A stretch of DNA of 64,000 nt from Nitrosopumilaceae archaeon (lineage in GTDB: Archaea > Thermoproteota > Nitrososphaeria > Nitrososphaerales > Nitrosopumilaceae), in assembly GCA_965203465.1 (NCBI GenBank), contig CBDBCR010000001.1:962306-1026305 (forward strand), given 5' to 3'. This document shows positions 20,726 through 30,040 of the stretch, piece by piece. Position 1 is the stretch's first letter. The number at the start of each line of letters is the position of its first letter. A program made the position numbers and the translations under genes. The notes below the pieces were generated by a model, which made no database searches, was not told where the DNA came from, and saw nothing but the letters and a program-made list of their open reading frames with translations.

Positions 20726-21354
20726 TGAGCAAGGTGCAGCGCGACAGGCGCAGGCGCGACGAAAAGCCGCCTTGGGTGCCAAAGACCGATCTCGGCAAGC
20801 GCGTCCACTCCGGCGCGATCACCTCGATGGCCGACATATTCGAGGGCGGCATGAGGATACAGGAGGCCGGCATCGTCGAAAAACTCCTGCCGGGCCTAAA
20901 GTCCGAGGTCGTCGACGTCGGGATGATACAGAAAATGACGTCCAACGGCCAGTCCACGCGGTTCAAGGCCATAGTGGCGGCGGGCGACGGCGACGGCTGG
21001 CTCGGCATCGGCCAGGGCAAGTCCAAGCAGATGCGCGTGGCCATAGAAAAGGCCACCAACCAGGCGTACCTCAACGTCAACCCGGTGAAGATGGGGTGCG
21101 GAAGCTGGGAGTGCAGGTGCGACCAAAAGCACTCGGTGCCGTTCAAGGTCAGGGGCAAGGGCGGCAGCGTCGTGATAGAGATACTGCCGGCGCCGCGCGG
21201 CCTCGGGCTGGTCGCCGGCGGCAAGATAAAGCGGCTGCTCGAGCTTGCCGGCCTGAAAGACGCGTGGACCACGGCAAAGGGCTCGACTGCCACCATGAAC
21301 TCCACCTCAAAGGCGGTAATGCAGTGCCTCCGCCACACGTTCAGCCAGGGATGA
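20725..21354 (+). CDS. rps5: 30S ribosomal protein S5 (uS5)
   Basis: WVPKTDLG, GCGSWEC, HSVPFKVRGKGGSV, PAPRGLGL. Confidence 0.95.
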   Translation: MSKVQRDRRRRDEKPPWVPKTDLGKRVHSGAITSMADIFEGGMRIQEAGIVEKLLPGLKSEVVDVGMIQKMTSNGQSTRFKAIVAAGDGDGWLGIGQGKSKQMRVAIEKATNQAYLNVNPVKMGCGSWECRCDQKHSVPFKVRGKGGSVVIEILPAPRGLGLVAGGKIKRLLELAGLKDAWTTAKGSTATMNSTSKAVMQCLRHTFSQG

Positions 21355-21357
21355 GAG

Positions 21358-21831
21358 ATGCCGGCCTACCTCGTAGTCAGAATAAAGGGGACGGCCGACG
21401 TGCCCCACTGGGCCTCGACTACCCTGCGCCTGCTGCGGCTGGAAAAAAAGTACCGCGCCACCATCGTGCCCGAAAAGCCGGGCACGCTCGGCATGCTCAA
21501 AAAAGTCCAGCACTACGTCGCCTGGAAGGCGCTGGACGGGGAACTCGCCGGCGACCTGATGGCCAAAAAGGCGCGCGGGCCCGGCTACCGCCCCGTCTCG
21601 GACGGGGACATGGCCTCGGTGGCCGGCGGCAAATTCGGCACGCTAAAGCAGGTGGCCGCCTCGCTGGCCTCGGGCGAATCGTCGATGTCTGATCTGTCCC
21701 CGCTAAAGCCGTGGTTCGCGCTCTCGCCCCCGCGCGGCGGATTCCGGCGCAGCACAAAGAGGCTGTACGGCCAAAAGGGCGTGCTCGGCCACAACCCGGG
21801 GCTCGACTCGCTGGTCAGGAGCATGATCTAA
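21358..21831 (+). CDS. rpl30: 50S ribosomal protein L30 (uL30)
   Basis: VVRIKG, TLRLLRL, FALSPPRGG, and operon position. Confidence 0.93.
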   Translation: MPAYLVVRIKGTADVPHWASTTLRLLRLEKKYRATIVPEKPGTLGMLKKVQHYVAWKALDGELAGDLMAKKARGPGYRPVSDGDMASVAGGKFGTLKQVAASLASGESSMSDLSPLKPWFALSPPRGGFRRSTKRLYGQKGVLGHNPGLDSLVRSMI

Positions 21832-21832
21832 G

Positions 21833-22240
21833 ATGGCCACGCGCCTGCGCAAGACCCGCAGGCAGCGCGGATCGCGCTACTGCGGGTGGGGCCAAGTGGG
21901 GCAGCACCGCGCCAGCGGGCACAAGGGGGGCCTCGGCGTCTCGGGCCAGCTAAAGCACCACTACAGCAGCATGCTAAAGGACGACCCGGGCCATTTCGGC
22001 CACGGCTCTATGCGGCCGCCGCGCAGCAGCGACGCCAAAAAGTGGGCCGCGGTCAGGGACTTGGACGCCATGGCCGAGGGCGGCAGGGTGGACCTGACGG
22101 CGCGCGGGGTGGAAAAGCTGCTCGGCGGGGGCAGCGTCTCGGGGGCCTACGAGGTGACCGTGGCGCGCTCGACGCCATCTGCTCGCGCAAAGGTCGAAAA
22201 GGCCGGCGGCAGGATGGCCGGGGGCGGGCCCGATGGCTGA
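21833..22240 (+). CDS. rpl15: 50S ribosomal protein L15 (uL15)
   Basis: RGSRYCGWGQVGQHRASGHKGG, KLLGGG. Confidence 0.93.
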   Translation: MATRLRKTRRQRGSRYCGWGQVGQHRASGHKGGLGVSGQLKHHYSSMLKDDPGHFGHGSMRPPRSSDAKKWAAVRDLDAMAEGGRVDLTARGVEKLLGGGSVSGAYEVTVARSTPSARAKVEKAGGRMAGGGPDG

Positions 22241-23663
22241 GGGAACAGCGACCGCGTTCATACGCAAGGTGGTCTTCAAGGTAGAGCCGTACCTGCCGCA
22301 GGTGCCGAAACCGAAGAAAAAACTCCAGCTCCAGACGCGCCTGCTCTGGACCGGCCTCGCGCTTCTGATCTACCTGGTCATGGCCCAGACGCCCCTTTTC
22401 GGGGCGACCACGCCCGAGTTCGACTTTCTGCAGTTCGCCCGCGTCATATTCGCCTCGCAGCAGGGCACGCTCGTGGAGCTTGGCATAGGGCCGATAGTGA
22501 CCGCCGGCCTGCTCATGCAGCTGCTGCGCGGCTCCGAGATACTAAAGTTCAACTTTAAAAAGCCCGAGGAGCGCGGCATATTCCAGACGGCCACCAAGCT
22601 GGTCACGTACGTAGTCATCGTGGCAGAATCGGTGGTGTACGGCTTTGCGGTGTACGGCCCGCAGATAACCGATCCGTCCGTGCTGATGATACTTGTCGGG
22701 CAGCTGATGGCCGCCTCCGTCATAATCATGTTCCTCGACGAGCTGATACAGAAGGGGTGGGGGCTTGGCAGCGGCATCAGCGTCTTCATCATGGCCGGCG
22801 TGGCGCAGACCATACTGTGGAACATATTCAGCCCCCTGCCGGCCGGCGACGGCGGCTCCATCGGGATACTGACGTACCTCGGCCAGTCCGTCGCGGCCGG
22901 CGACCTGTCCAACGTCATGTTCCGGGCGAACCAGCTGCCCAGCATATTCGGCCTGTCGCTGACGGCCGCGGTGCTGCTCGTGCTGGTGTACATACAGGGC
23001 ATGAAGGTCGAGATACCCATAGTGTCCACAAAGTACCGGGGCTTTTCCGCGGTATACCCGATAAAGCTAATGTACGTCTCCAACATACCGGTGATACTGG
23101 CCTCGGCGCTGACCGCCAACGCCATATTCATCGGGCAGATGTTCTGGGCCAACTTCAACCCGCGCAACGCCAACGAGCTGCTCAACGTGCTCGGCATGTT
23201 CGATCCCACCAGCCCGTCGACGCCCATCGGCGGCCTCATCTACTACGTCACGCCGCCGCGGGGCCTGGACGTGGTGGCCCTCGACCCGCTCCGGGCCGTC
23301 TTTTACGTGCTCTTCATGATGGGCATAGTGCTCATATTCGGGCGCCTCTGGGTGGAGCTGGGGGGCCTCTCGCCAAAGAGCGCCGCGCAGAACCTGCTCG
23401 ACGCCGACGTGCAGATACCCGGGTTCCGGCGCTCCAACAAGCCGGTAGAATCGATGCTCAACAAGTACATACCGTCGGTGACCATCATCGGCTCGCTGAT
23501 ACTCGGCGCGCTCGCCGGCGTGTCGGACGTGCTCGGGGTGTTCGGCTCCGGCATCGGGATACTGCTCATGGTGGACATCCTCATCAACTATTATAACCAG
23601 CTCGTAAAGGAGCAGGTCGAGGTAGTGATGCCTAGGCTGGGTGCCCTTCTTGGAAGGGGATAG
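22233..23663 (+). CDS. secY: Preprotein translocase subunit SecY
   Basis: GTLVELGIGPIVTAG, GWGLGSGIS, YPIKLMYVSNIP, multiple TM helices. Confidence 0.96.
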   Translation: MAEGTATAFIRKVVFKVEPYLPQVPKPKKKLQLQTRLLWTGLALLIYLVMAQTPLFGATTPEFDFLQFARVIFASQQGTLVELGIGPIVTAGLLMQLLRGSEILKFNFKKPEERGIFQTATKLVTYVVIVAESVVYGFAVYGPQITDPSVLMILVGQLMAASVIIMFLDELIQKGWGLGSGISVFIMAGVAQTILWNIFSPLPAGDGGSIGILTYLGQSVAAGDLSNVMFRANQLPSIFGLSLTAAVLLVLVYIQGMKVEIPIVSTKYRGFSAVYPIKLMYVSNIPVILASALTANAIFIGQMFWANFNPRNANELLNVLGMFDPTSPSTPIGGLIYYVTPPRGLDVVALDPLRAVFYVLFMMGIVLIFGRLWVELGGLSPKSAAQNLLDADVQIPGFRRSNKPVESMLNKYIPSVTIIGSLILGALAGVSDVLGVFGSGIGILLMVDILINYYNQLVKEQVEVVMPRLGALLGRG

Positions 23664-24231
23664 CAAAAAGGTCGTCATCGTCGGGATACCCGGCGTGGGC
23701 AAGACCACGCTGGTCTCCCGGGTGGTCGAGGACCTGGGCTCGCAGAGCGTCAGCGTCAGCATGTACAGCTTTGGCTCCATCATGTTCGCCCAGGCGCAGG
23801 CCGACGGGATAGCCGACCGCGACCAGCTGCGCAAGCTGCCCGTCTCGCGGCAGCAGGGCTACCAGCGCAACGCCGCCGAGCAGCTGGCGCAGGTATCGGA
23901 CGCCGTGGTATTGGTGGACACGCACGCGTTCGTATCGACGCCGTCGGGGGCCTACCCCGGCCTGCCCGCGCCGGTCCTGGAGATACTGCGGCCCTCGTTC
24001 TTCATCTCGGTCATAGCCCCGCCCGAGGAGATCTACGCGCGGCGCGTCAACGACGAGACGCGCCGGCGCGACAAGATATCGATAGCCAACATAAAGAAGG
24101 AGCTGTCCATGCAGGAATCGATGCTGGCCACCTGCTCGGTGATGTCCGGCGCGCCCATAAAGCTGGTCAGCAACCTGGAGGGCAAGGTGGACGAGGCGGC
24201 GGCCCGCGTGGTCAGGGCGATAGGTGCCTGA
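23650..24231 (+). CDS. adkA: Adenylate kinase (archaeal type)
   Basis: VGIPGVGKTT P-loop, VDTH, PGLP. Follows secY. Start TTG 23650 or GTG 23641. Confidence 0.9.
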   Translation: MEGDSKKVVIVGIPGVGKTTLVSRVVEDLGSQSVSVSMYSFGSIMFAQAQADGIADRDQLRKLPVSRQQGYQRNAAEQLAQVSDAVVLVDTHAFVSTPSGAYPGLPAPVLEILRPSFFISVIAPPEEIYARRVNDETRRRDKISIANIKKELSMQESMLATCSVMSGAPIKLVSNLEGKVDEAAARVVRAIGA

Positions 24232-24838
24232 CATGGAAGTCCTCGTAGATCTGGCCCTGCAGTTCGACTTTCTGGGGGGCGAGCGCGGCGCGCTGGGCAG
24301 CGACGATCCGCTCGTCAAGGGGGTCATCGCCTCGATGCTGGGCGTGACCGGCTTCGGGGTGCTGCTCAACGTGTTCAACGCGGCGGTGCGCAAAAAGATG
24401 GTCGACGCCGTAAAGCTCAAGCGCATAATGCGCGAGACGCGCGCCTGGCAGAAGGAGCGCATGGCCGCCTTCCGCGCAAAGGACCAGGACAAGATAGCGC
24501 GGCTCAACCAAAAGTCGTCGTACATGAACAAGATGAACATGGAGATAATGCAGATGAACATGAGGCCCATGCTGATAACGTTCGTGCCGCTCATACTGAT
24601 ATTCTACCTCGTGCTGCCGCAGATGTTCGCCTACACCGTCGCGCTCTCGCCGGTGCCGCTCAACGTGATACCCGGCGACCTGTTCCAGCTCACGTGCACC
24701 GCCGAGCAGGCCGCCGATCCCGATCACGTCTGCGAGGCGGAGAACGCGCTGTACCTGTGGGCTTGGTACTTTCTGTCCTCTATAGCGTTCAGCGGCATCG
24801 TAATGAAGGTCACGCGGACCTCGATGGATCTGGGTTGA
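24224..24838 (+). CDS. DUF106 / EMC3-TMCO1 family membrane protein
   Basis: TM, coiled-coil, TM architecture, MNMRPMLITFVP, WYFLSS, conserved position after adk. Confidence 0.85.
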   Translation: MPDMEVLVDLALQFDFLGGERGALGSDDPLVKGVIASMLGVTGFGVLLNVFNAAVRKKMVDAVKLKRIMRETRAWQKERMAAFRAKDQDKIARLNQKSSYMNKMNMEIMQMNMRPMLITFVPLILIFYLVLPQMFAYTVALSPVPLNVIPGDLFQLTCTAEQAADPDHVCEAENALYLWAWYFLSSIAFSGIVMKVTRTSMDLG

Positions 24839-25395
24839 ACGGATCGGTGGTCATATCGGGGCCGCCGGCGGTGGGCAAGACCACGCTGGCCCGCTCGCTG
24901 GCCGGCAGGCTGGGCCTGAGGTACGTCAGCGGCGGCGACATACTCAAGGAGATGGCCTCCGAGCGCGGGTTCGGCTCGGGGGGCGAGGACTGGTGGGACA
25001 CGGCCGACGGCATGCGGTTCCTGTCGATGCGCGACGAGGATCCGAGCATGGACCGCGAGGTGGACCGGCGGCTGCTGGAGCTGTGCCGCGCGGGCGGCGT
25101 GGTGGTGACAAGCTACACGCTGCCGTGGCTGGGCGCCGGCTGCACCAGCATATGGCTGGACGGCTCGCACGAGAACAGCGCGAGGAGGATGCGCGCGCGC
25201 GACGACATGAGCCAGGCCGAGGCGCTCTCGGTCACGCGCGACAGGTACGAGCGCAACCGCACGCTGTACCGGAGGATATACGGGTTCGAGTTCGGCTGCG
25301 ACCGGTCCGTCTTCGACGGCGTCATACGCACCGACGGGATGGACGCGCGGCAGGTGCTCGACGAGGCACTCGAGCTGGTGGGGCGGCGTGGCTGA
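24835..25395 (+). CDS. cmk: Cytidylate kinase
   Basis: ISGPPAVGKTT, YVSGGDILKE, DREVD. TTG 24835 overlaps the upstream stop. Confidence 0.87.
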   Translation: MNGSVVISGPPAVGKTTLARSLAGRLGLRYVSGGDILKEMASERGFGSGGEDWWDTADGMRFLSMRDEDPSMDREVDRRLLELCRAGGVVVTSYTLPWLGAGCTSIWLDGSHENSARRMRARDDMSQAEALSVTRDRYERNRTLYRRIYGFEFGCDRSVFDGVIRTDGMDARQVLDEALELVGRRG

Positions 25396-26374
25396 GGACG
25401 GCCTGGCCGAGCTCGACCAGGACGTGACGGATCCGTCGGCGGGCACGCCCCCCGGGGAGCGCACGCTGGAGCAGATGATGCGCTACGGAATAATACTGCT
25501 GGACAAGCCGCCTGGCCCGACGAGCCACGAGACGGTCGCCTGGGTCAAGCGGATGCTGGGGGTCGAAAAGGCCGGCCACAGCGGCACGCTCGACCCGCAG
25601 GTCTCCGGCGTGCTGCCCCTCGGCCTGGGCGAGGCCACCAAAGCTTTGGGGGTGCTGCTCTTGGATTCCAAGGAATACCACGCGGTGGGCCGCTTCCACT
25701 CGATGCCGGCGCCGGGCCAGCTGGAAAAAGTGGTCTCTGAGTTCACCGGGCCGATACACCAAAAGCCGCCGCAGCGCTCGGCGGTGCTGCGCCGCACCCG
25801 CACGCGCACCATATACGAGCTGGAGGTGGTCGAGCGCAAGGAGCGGCTGGCGCTGCTGCGCGTCCTGTGCGAGTCGGGCACGTACGTGCGCAAGCTGCTC
25901 TACGACATGGGCGAGGTGCTCGGGCCGGGGGCGACCATGATAGAGCTGCGCCGCACGCGCGTGGCCCACTTTGACGAGTCGCGCCTAGTCACGATGCACC
26001 AGCTCGCCGACGCTGCGGCCTCGCTCAGGGAGGGGGATCCGGGGCCGCTGGCCTCGCTCGTGCTGCCCGTCGAGGAGGCCCTTTCGGGGCTAAAGACCGC
26101 CGTCGTGCGCGATTCGGCCGTCGACGCGCTCTGCCACGGCGCGCAGCTGGCCGTGCCCGGCGTGCTGCGCGTCTCGCCCGGCCTTGCGCGCGGCGACCAG
26201 ACGGCCGTGTACACCATGAAGGGCGAGGCCGTCGCGCTAGCCGAAGCTGTCATGTCCGAGCAGCAGATGCGCGACGCGGCAAAGGGGCAGGCGTTCATGA
26301 CAAAGAGGATAATCATGCAGCCGGGCACCTACCCGCGTGGGTGGCGATCGAGGAAGAGTGCGGATGGTGCCTAG
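25388..26374 (+). CDS. cbf5: H/ACA pseudouridine synthase Cbf5 / TruB
   Basis: LDKPPGPTSHE, GHSGTLDPQVSGVLP, CESGTYVRKL, PUA domain. Confidence 0.95.
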   Translation: MAEDGLAELDQDVTDPSAGTPPGERTLEQMMRYGIILLDKPPGPTSHETVAWVKRMLGVEKAGHSGTLDPQVSGVLPLGLGEATKALGVLLLDSKEYHAVGRFHSMPAPGQLEKVVSEFTGPIHQKPPQRSAVLRRTRTRTIYELEVVERKERLALLRVLCESGTYVRKLLYDMGEVLGPGATMIELRRTRVAHFDESRLVTMHQLADAAASLREGDPGPLASLVLPVEEALSGLKTAVVRDSAVDALCHGAQLAVPGVLRVSPGLARGDQTAVYTMKGEAVALAEAVMSEQQMRDAAKGQAFMTKRIIMQPGTYPRGWRSRKSADGA

Positions 26375-26768
26375 GTCGCTGGCGGTGGCCATAGCGGTCG
26401 GCGCGGCCTCGGGGGCAGCTGCCGCGCTGGCGCTGTCCGACGTGCGCGACGGCCAGGACGGCCCGCTGGAGCTGGAGCCGGGCTCGGACAGGTACGCGCC
26501 CGGCTCGCCTGTGCTGCTGCGGCTTACCAACGGCTCGGACGCGCCGCTGCCAATGGGCCGCCTGGAGGTCTCGGGGCTTGCCGGCATGCCCGTGTACGGC
26601 AGGGATCTTGCCGGGGAGCTGGAGCCGGGCGGCTCTGCCGACATAGTGTGGGAACAGGAGGGCTCGGACGGCGAGCCCGTCTTTGCCGGCATCTACAGGG
26701 TGCGCGCGGGCATGCCGCCGGCCTCGGCGACGGTCGAGATATCGGGTGCGGGCCTGCGCGGCGACTAG
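26364..26768 (+). CDS. Hypothetical secreted or membrane-anchored protein
   Basis: N-terminal hydrophobic segment followed by a beta-rich Ig-like region. ATG 26364. Confidence 0.6.
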   Translation: MVPRSLAVAIAVGAASGAAAALALSDVRDGQDGPLELEPGSDRYAPGSPVLLRLTNGSDAPLPMGRLEVSGLAGMPVYGRDLAGELEPGGSADIVWEQEGSDGEPVFAGIYRVRAGMPPASATVEISGAGLRGD

Positions 26769-26800
26769 TTATTATACGCAAAAGCCGCCGGGCATTCCGT

Positions 26801-26899
26801 GCCGGGATCGCCTAGCCTGGTAGGGCGCGCGCCTGGAATCTGTGCCATATAGCGCGTTCTCGCAAGGGATCGGGAGTTCGAATCTCCCTCCCGGCGCCA
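26801..26899 (+). tRNA. tRNA-Ser(GGA) with 12-nt canonical intron (26839-26850) and encoded CCA
   Basis: Acceptor GCCGGGA/TCCCGGC-G-CCA, anticodon arm CGCGC-CTGGAA[intron]A-GCGCG, long variable arm, GGGAG-TTCGAAT-CTCCC. Confidence 0.9.
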
Positions 26900-27205
26900 C
26901 ATCTAACGCCGCTCAGATGTATTTCCCCACCATGGCCTGCGCCAGAAGGACGGGAGGGAAATTGCTTCGGTGTGGTGTTATCCGATCCTGCCGTGAGCGC
27001 ACAACGACTTCCTAGGGCACTGCTCCGGCCCTAGCTCGTCTTTACGGATCGCCGGGTGGAACGCGCGCACCTCCGGCTTGTGGACTTTTGCAGGCCGGGG
27101 CTACAGTGGGACAAAACCCGCGATCGTCAGGACGGATGTGACAGCTGCCAAGAACCGGGGCGAGAGCTACCAGACAGACTGCGCGTCGCAGATTTCCGAG
27201 GCCGT

Positions 27206-30040
27206 TCATTCCACGAGCAGCGCTGGCTTGAACGGCCTCGCGTGGGCCGCCTTGCCGCCGGGTTCGGCGTCTTCGGCGACCACGGCAAACTCGGAGCCGA
27301 ACTCGGCGCGCACCATGGGGCCCATCTGATCCGCAAGGAAGCGGGCCTCGTCGAAGCCGCCAGCGAGGCGCGCCTCCCTGACGGGGACTGGATCCGAGAG
27401 TATGTCCTTTACGATCTTTTGGACCAAGGCGGGGCATTTTTTCGCGCCGGCCGTCTTTGGATCCGACACGAGCTTTTTCATCACCTGCCCCATCGAGGTG
27501 TCGCCCGAGCAGACGCAGCGAAGCACGGCCCCGTACAGATCCCGCTTTTCCGAGCTTGCCACGTACGCGGTCACCGAGCGCGGCGAGATCTTCGTCACCT
27601 TGAGTATGCGGGCGATGTCGCCGAGCGTGGAGCGCAGCAGCTCCTCCGCCTGGAACGCCTCGACGTCGCGCCATTCCTCGGGCGGCTCGGGCCACGCGCC
27701 GCCCGCCGAGCCCGAATTGCCCAGCTTTTCCCAGATCTCCTCTGCGGCGTGGGGCGCGAACGGCCAGAGCATGGACGCCCTCATGCCGCGTATCGCGTGG
27801 ACCAGCCCTGCGTCCTCGCCCGCGCCGGCGGCGCCGGCCCTCTTGCGGTACCAGGCAAGGTCGGCCTCGAGCGAGTACAGTATACCGTGGAGCGCCTCGC
27901 GCAGCCTCATCTTTTCCATCGACGCGGCGGTGTCATTTACCAGCGCCAAGGCCCGGTCTGCGAGCCACCTCGATTCTTGGCGGGGCCCCGGGCCGCCCCC
28001 GCCCGGGGCCGCCTCGGCCATCATGGCCTCGAGCCTGGCCCTGATGCCGGCCACCGACTCTTCCCTAAAGTCCGCGTCCTGCAGGAGCTCGGCCGATATG
28101 ACGATGGCTAGCCGTATGGGATCGGCGCCGTGCCTGCGTACGGCCGAGCGCAGCGGGATGATGTTGCCCATGCTCTTCGACATCTTTGCGCCGTCCATCA
28201 GCACCGACCCGTTGACCACTATCTGGGCGGGCCACATGCCCTCGGGGAACATGGCCACGTGGTTGAGAACGAAGAAAGTCAGGTGGTTGGGGACGAGGTC
28301 GCGCCCCGAGTGCCTGGAATCGACCGGATAAAAGTAGCAGAACTGCCTCCTTGCCTCCTCCAGCGCGCCGCGCTCTAGGCCGGCCTCGGCCGCCACCCGG
28401 GCCGGATCCCCCTCGCCGAGGAACGCGTAGTCGAAGAAGCCGCGCGTCATGGAATCGGGGCTTATGCGCCCGGATCCGACCAGGCCGGCTATCGTATAAT
28501 ACGACATGTATATGACCGAATCCGAGAGGCTCTCGACTATCCATCCGTCGTCCCACGGCAGCTTTGTGCCCATGCCGTGCTGGCGCGCGCAGGCCCTCTC
28601 GCGCAGCCACCCCAGCACGTTGGAAAACTCCTGGTGCAGCTCGGGGGGCAGCACCGACATCGATTCCATGCACGAGGCCGCGCGCGCCTTCCACCCTTCG
28701 TCGGCGTAGTTGAGGAACCACTGGTCGGTGAGCACCTTTACGACGCACTCGGCCCCGCACCTGCACCGCACCCTCGGTTCCTGGGCCAGCTCGAGCATCG
28801 AGGCCGCGCCGCCCTCTGCCAGCAAAAGCTCCCTGACCGCGGACTTTGCCTCCGCGACGGGCATGCCGGCGAACCTGCCGGCCTTTTCGTTCATGGAGCC
28901 GCCGTAAAACTCCGCGTTGTACACCTCCTTGGTGGCATCTTCGATGCGCGGATCGTCCTGGTCCTTTACGCCGCGGGACCTGAGCGCCTCGGAGGCGGGC
29001 AGCGCGCCCCCGCCGCCTATGACGCGCACCGGCTCCACGTCTCCTGCGCCGGCCACGCCGTCCCTCTTGGCGTCTAGCAGCGCCTGCATGTCGAACGGGG
29101 CGTGCGCCGGCACCGACATGACGATGCCGGTCCCGGTCCCCTGCTCTACGAACCTTGCGGGCAGCACCGGCACGGCCCTGCCGACCTGGGGGGCCTCGGC
29201 CGACATTTCCAGTATCTCGGCGCCCTTTACGGAGCCGCGCCCCCCCGAGGCCATGCCCAGAAACTTCATCTTGCAGAGGCACTCGGCGCTTGTCAGCCAC
29301 GTCTCGCCGCCCACGTCGACCTTTTGGTACTCGGCGTCGGGGTCCACCCACAGGTTGGTCACGCCGAACAGCGTCTCGGGCCTGAGGGTGGCCGCCGGCA
29401 GCACGTACCGGCCGGCGCGGAACTTGATTACCGTGTATTCGACGATCTCGGGCTCCACGTCGCCCATGGTGTCGTGCTGCGATACGGGGTTTTCGTCGCG
29501 CGGGCACCACCCGACCGGGTGCGAGCCCTGTATTATGAGGCCCTTTCGGCGCAGCGTCTCGACCTGCCAGCCGATGAACTTTTTGTACCCCGGATCGACG
29601 GTGGTGAACTCCCTCCTCCAGTCTATCGAGTACCCCATCTCGTCCATGCCGCTCTTTATCTCGTCGCGGAAATAGTCGGCTATCTTTACCGGCTCTTCAA
29701 AGTCGCGTATCGTGCCTTCCGGCACGCCGTACAGCTCCTTGAGGTTCGATATTATCTCGGCATCCCCCGCGGCCACCCTCCTAGCCATGCCCAGTATGGG
29801 GGTGCCCGTGTAGTGGAAGGCCATCGGAAAGAGCACGTTGTACCCGCGCATCCTCAAAAACCGCGCGTGCGCGTCGGCCAGCGTGTACGTCCTGCCGTGC
29901 CCGACGTGCTGCGGCGAGTTGGGGTACGGATACGCGACGGTGACGAACTTTTTCTCCCGCCCGTCCGGATCCGACTCGAAGGCGCGCGCCTCCTTCCACC
30001 TCGAGCGCCACTTGGCCTCGAGGGCGGGCCAGTCGGTCAT
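27206..30040 (-). CDS. leuS: Leucine-tRNA ligase
   Basis: YPYPNSPQHVGH (HIGH), ATLRPET, KMSKS. True start is ATG 30040 (MTDWPALE). Confidence 0.95.
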   Translation of the reverse strand: MTDWPALEAKWRSRWKEARAFESDPDGREKKFVTVAYPYPNSPQHVGHGRTYTLADAHARFLRMRGYNVLFPMAFHYTGTPILGMARRVAAGDAEIISNLKELYGVPEGTIRDFEEPVKIADYFRDEIKSGMDEMGYSIDWRREFTTVDPGYKKFIGWQVETLRRKGLIIQGSHPVGWCPRDENPVSQHDTMGDVEPEIVEYTVIKFRAGRYVLPAATLRPETLFGVTNLWVDPDAEYQKVDVGGETWLTSAECLCKMKFLGMASGGRGSVKGAEILEMSAEAPQVGRAVPVLPARFVEQGTGTGIVMSVPAHAPFDMQALLDAKRDGVAGAGDVEPVRVIGGGGALPASEALRSRGVKDQDDPRIEDATKEVYNAEFYGGSMNEKAGRFAGMPVAEAKSAVRELLLAEGGAASMLELAQEPRVRCRCGAECVVKVLTDQWFLNYADEGWKARAASCMESMSVLPPELHQEFSNVLGWLRERACARQHGMGTKLPWDDGWIVESLSDSVIYMSYYTIAGLVGSGRISPDSMTRGFFDYAFLGEGDPARVAAEAGLERGALEEARRQFCYFYPVDSRHSGRDLVPNHLTFFVLNHVAMFPEGMWPAQIVVNGSVLMDGAKMSKSMGNIIPLRSAVRRHGADPIRLAIVISAELLQDADFREESVAGIRARLEAMMAEAAPGGGGPGPRQESRWLADRALALVNDTAASMEKMRLREALHGILYSLEADLAWYRKRAGAAGAGEDAGLVHAIRGMRASMLWPFAPHAAEEIWEKLGNSGSAGGAWPEPPEEWRDVEAFQAEELLRSTLGDIARILKVTKISPRSVTAYVASSEKRDLYGAVLRCVCSGDTSMGQVMKKLVSDPKTAGAKKCPALVQKIVKDILSDPVPVREARLAGGFDEARFLADQMGPMVRAEFGSEFAVVAEDAEPGGKAAHARPFKPALLVE

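Noticed and set aside
26900-27205. RNase P or SRP RNA
   Set aside because: I could not find the conserved RNase P P4 or SRP helix-8 motifs on either strand.
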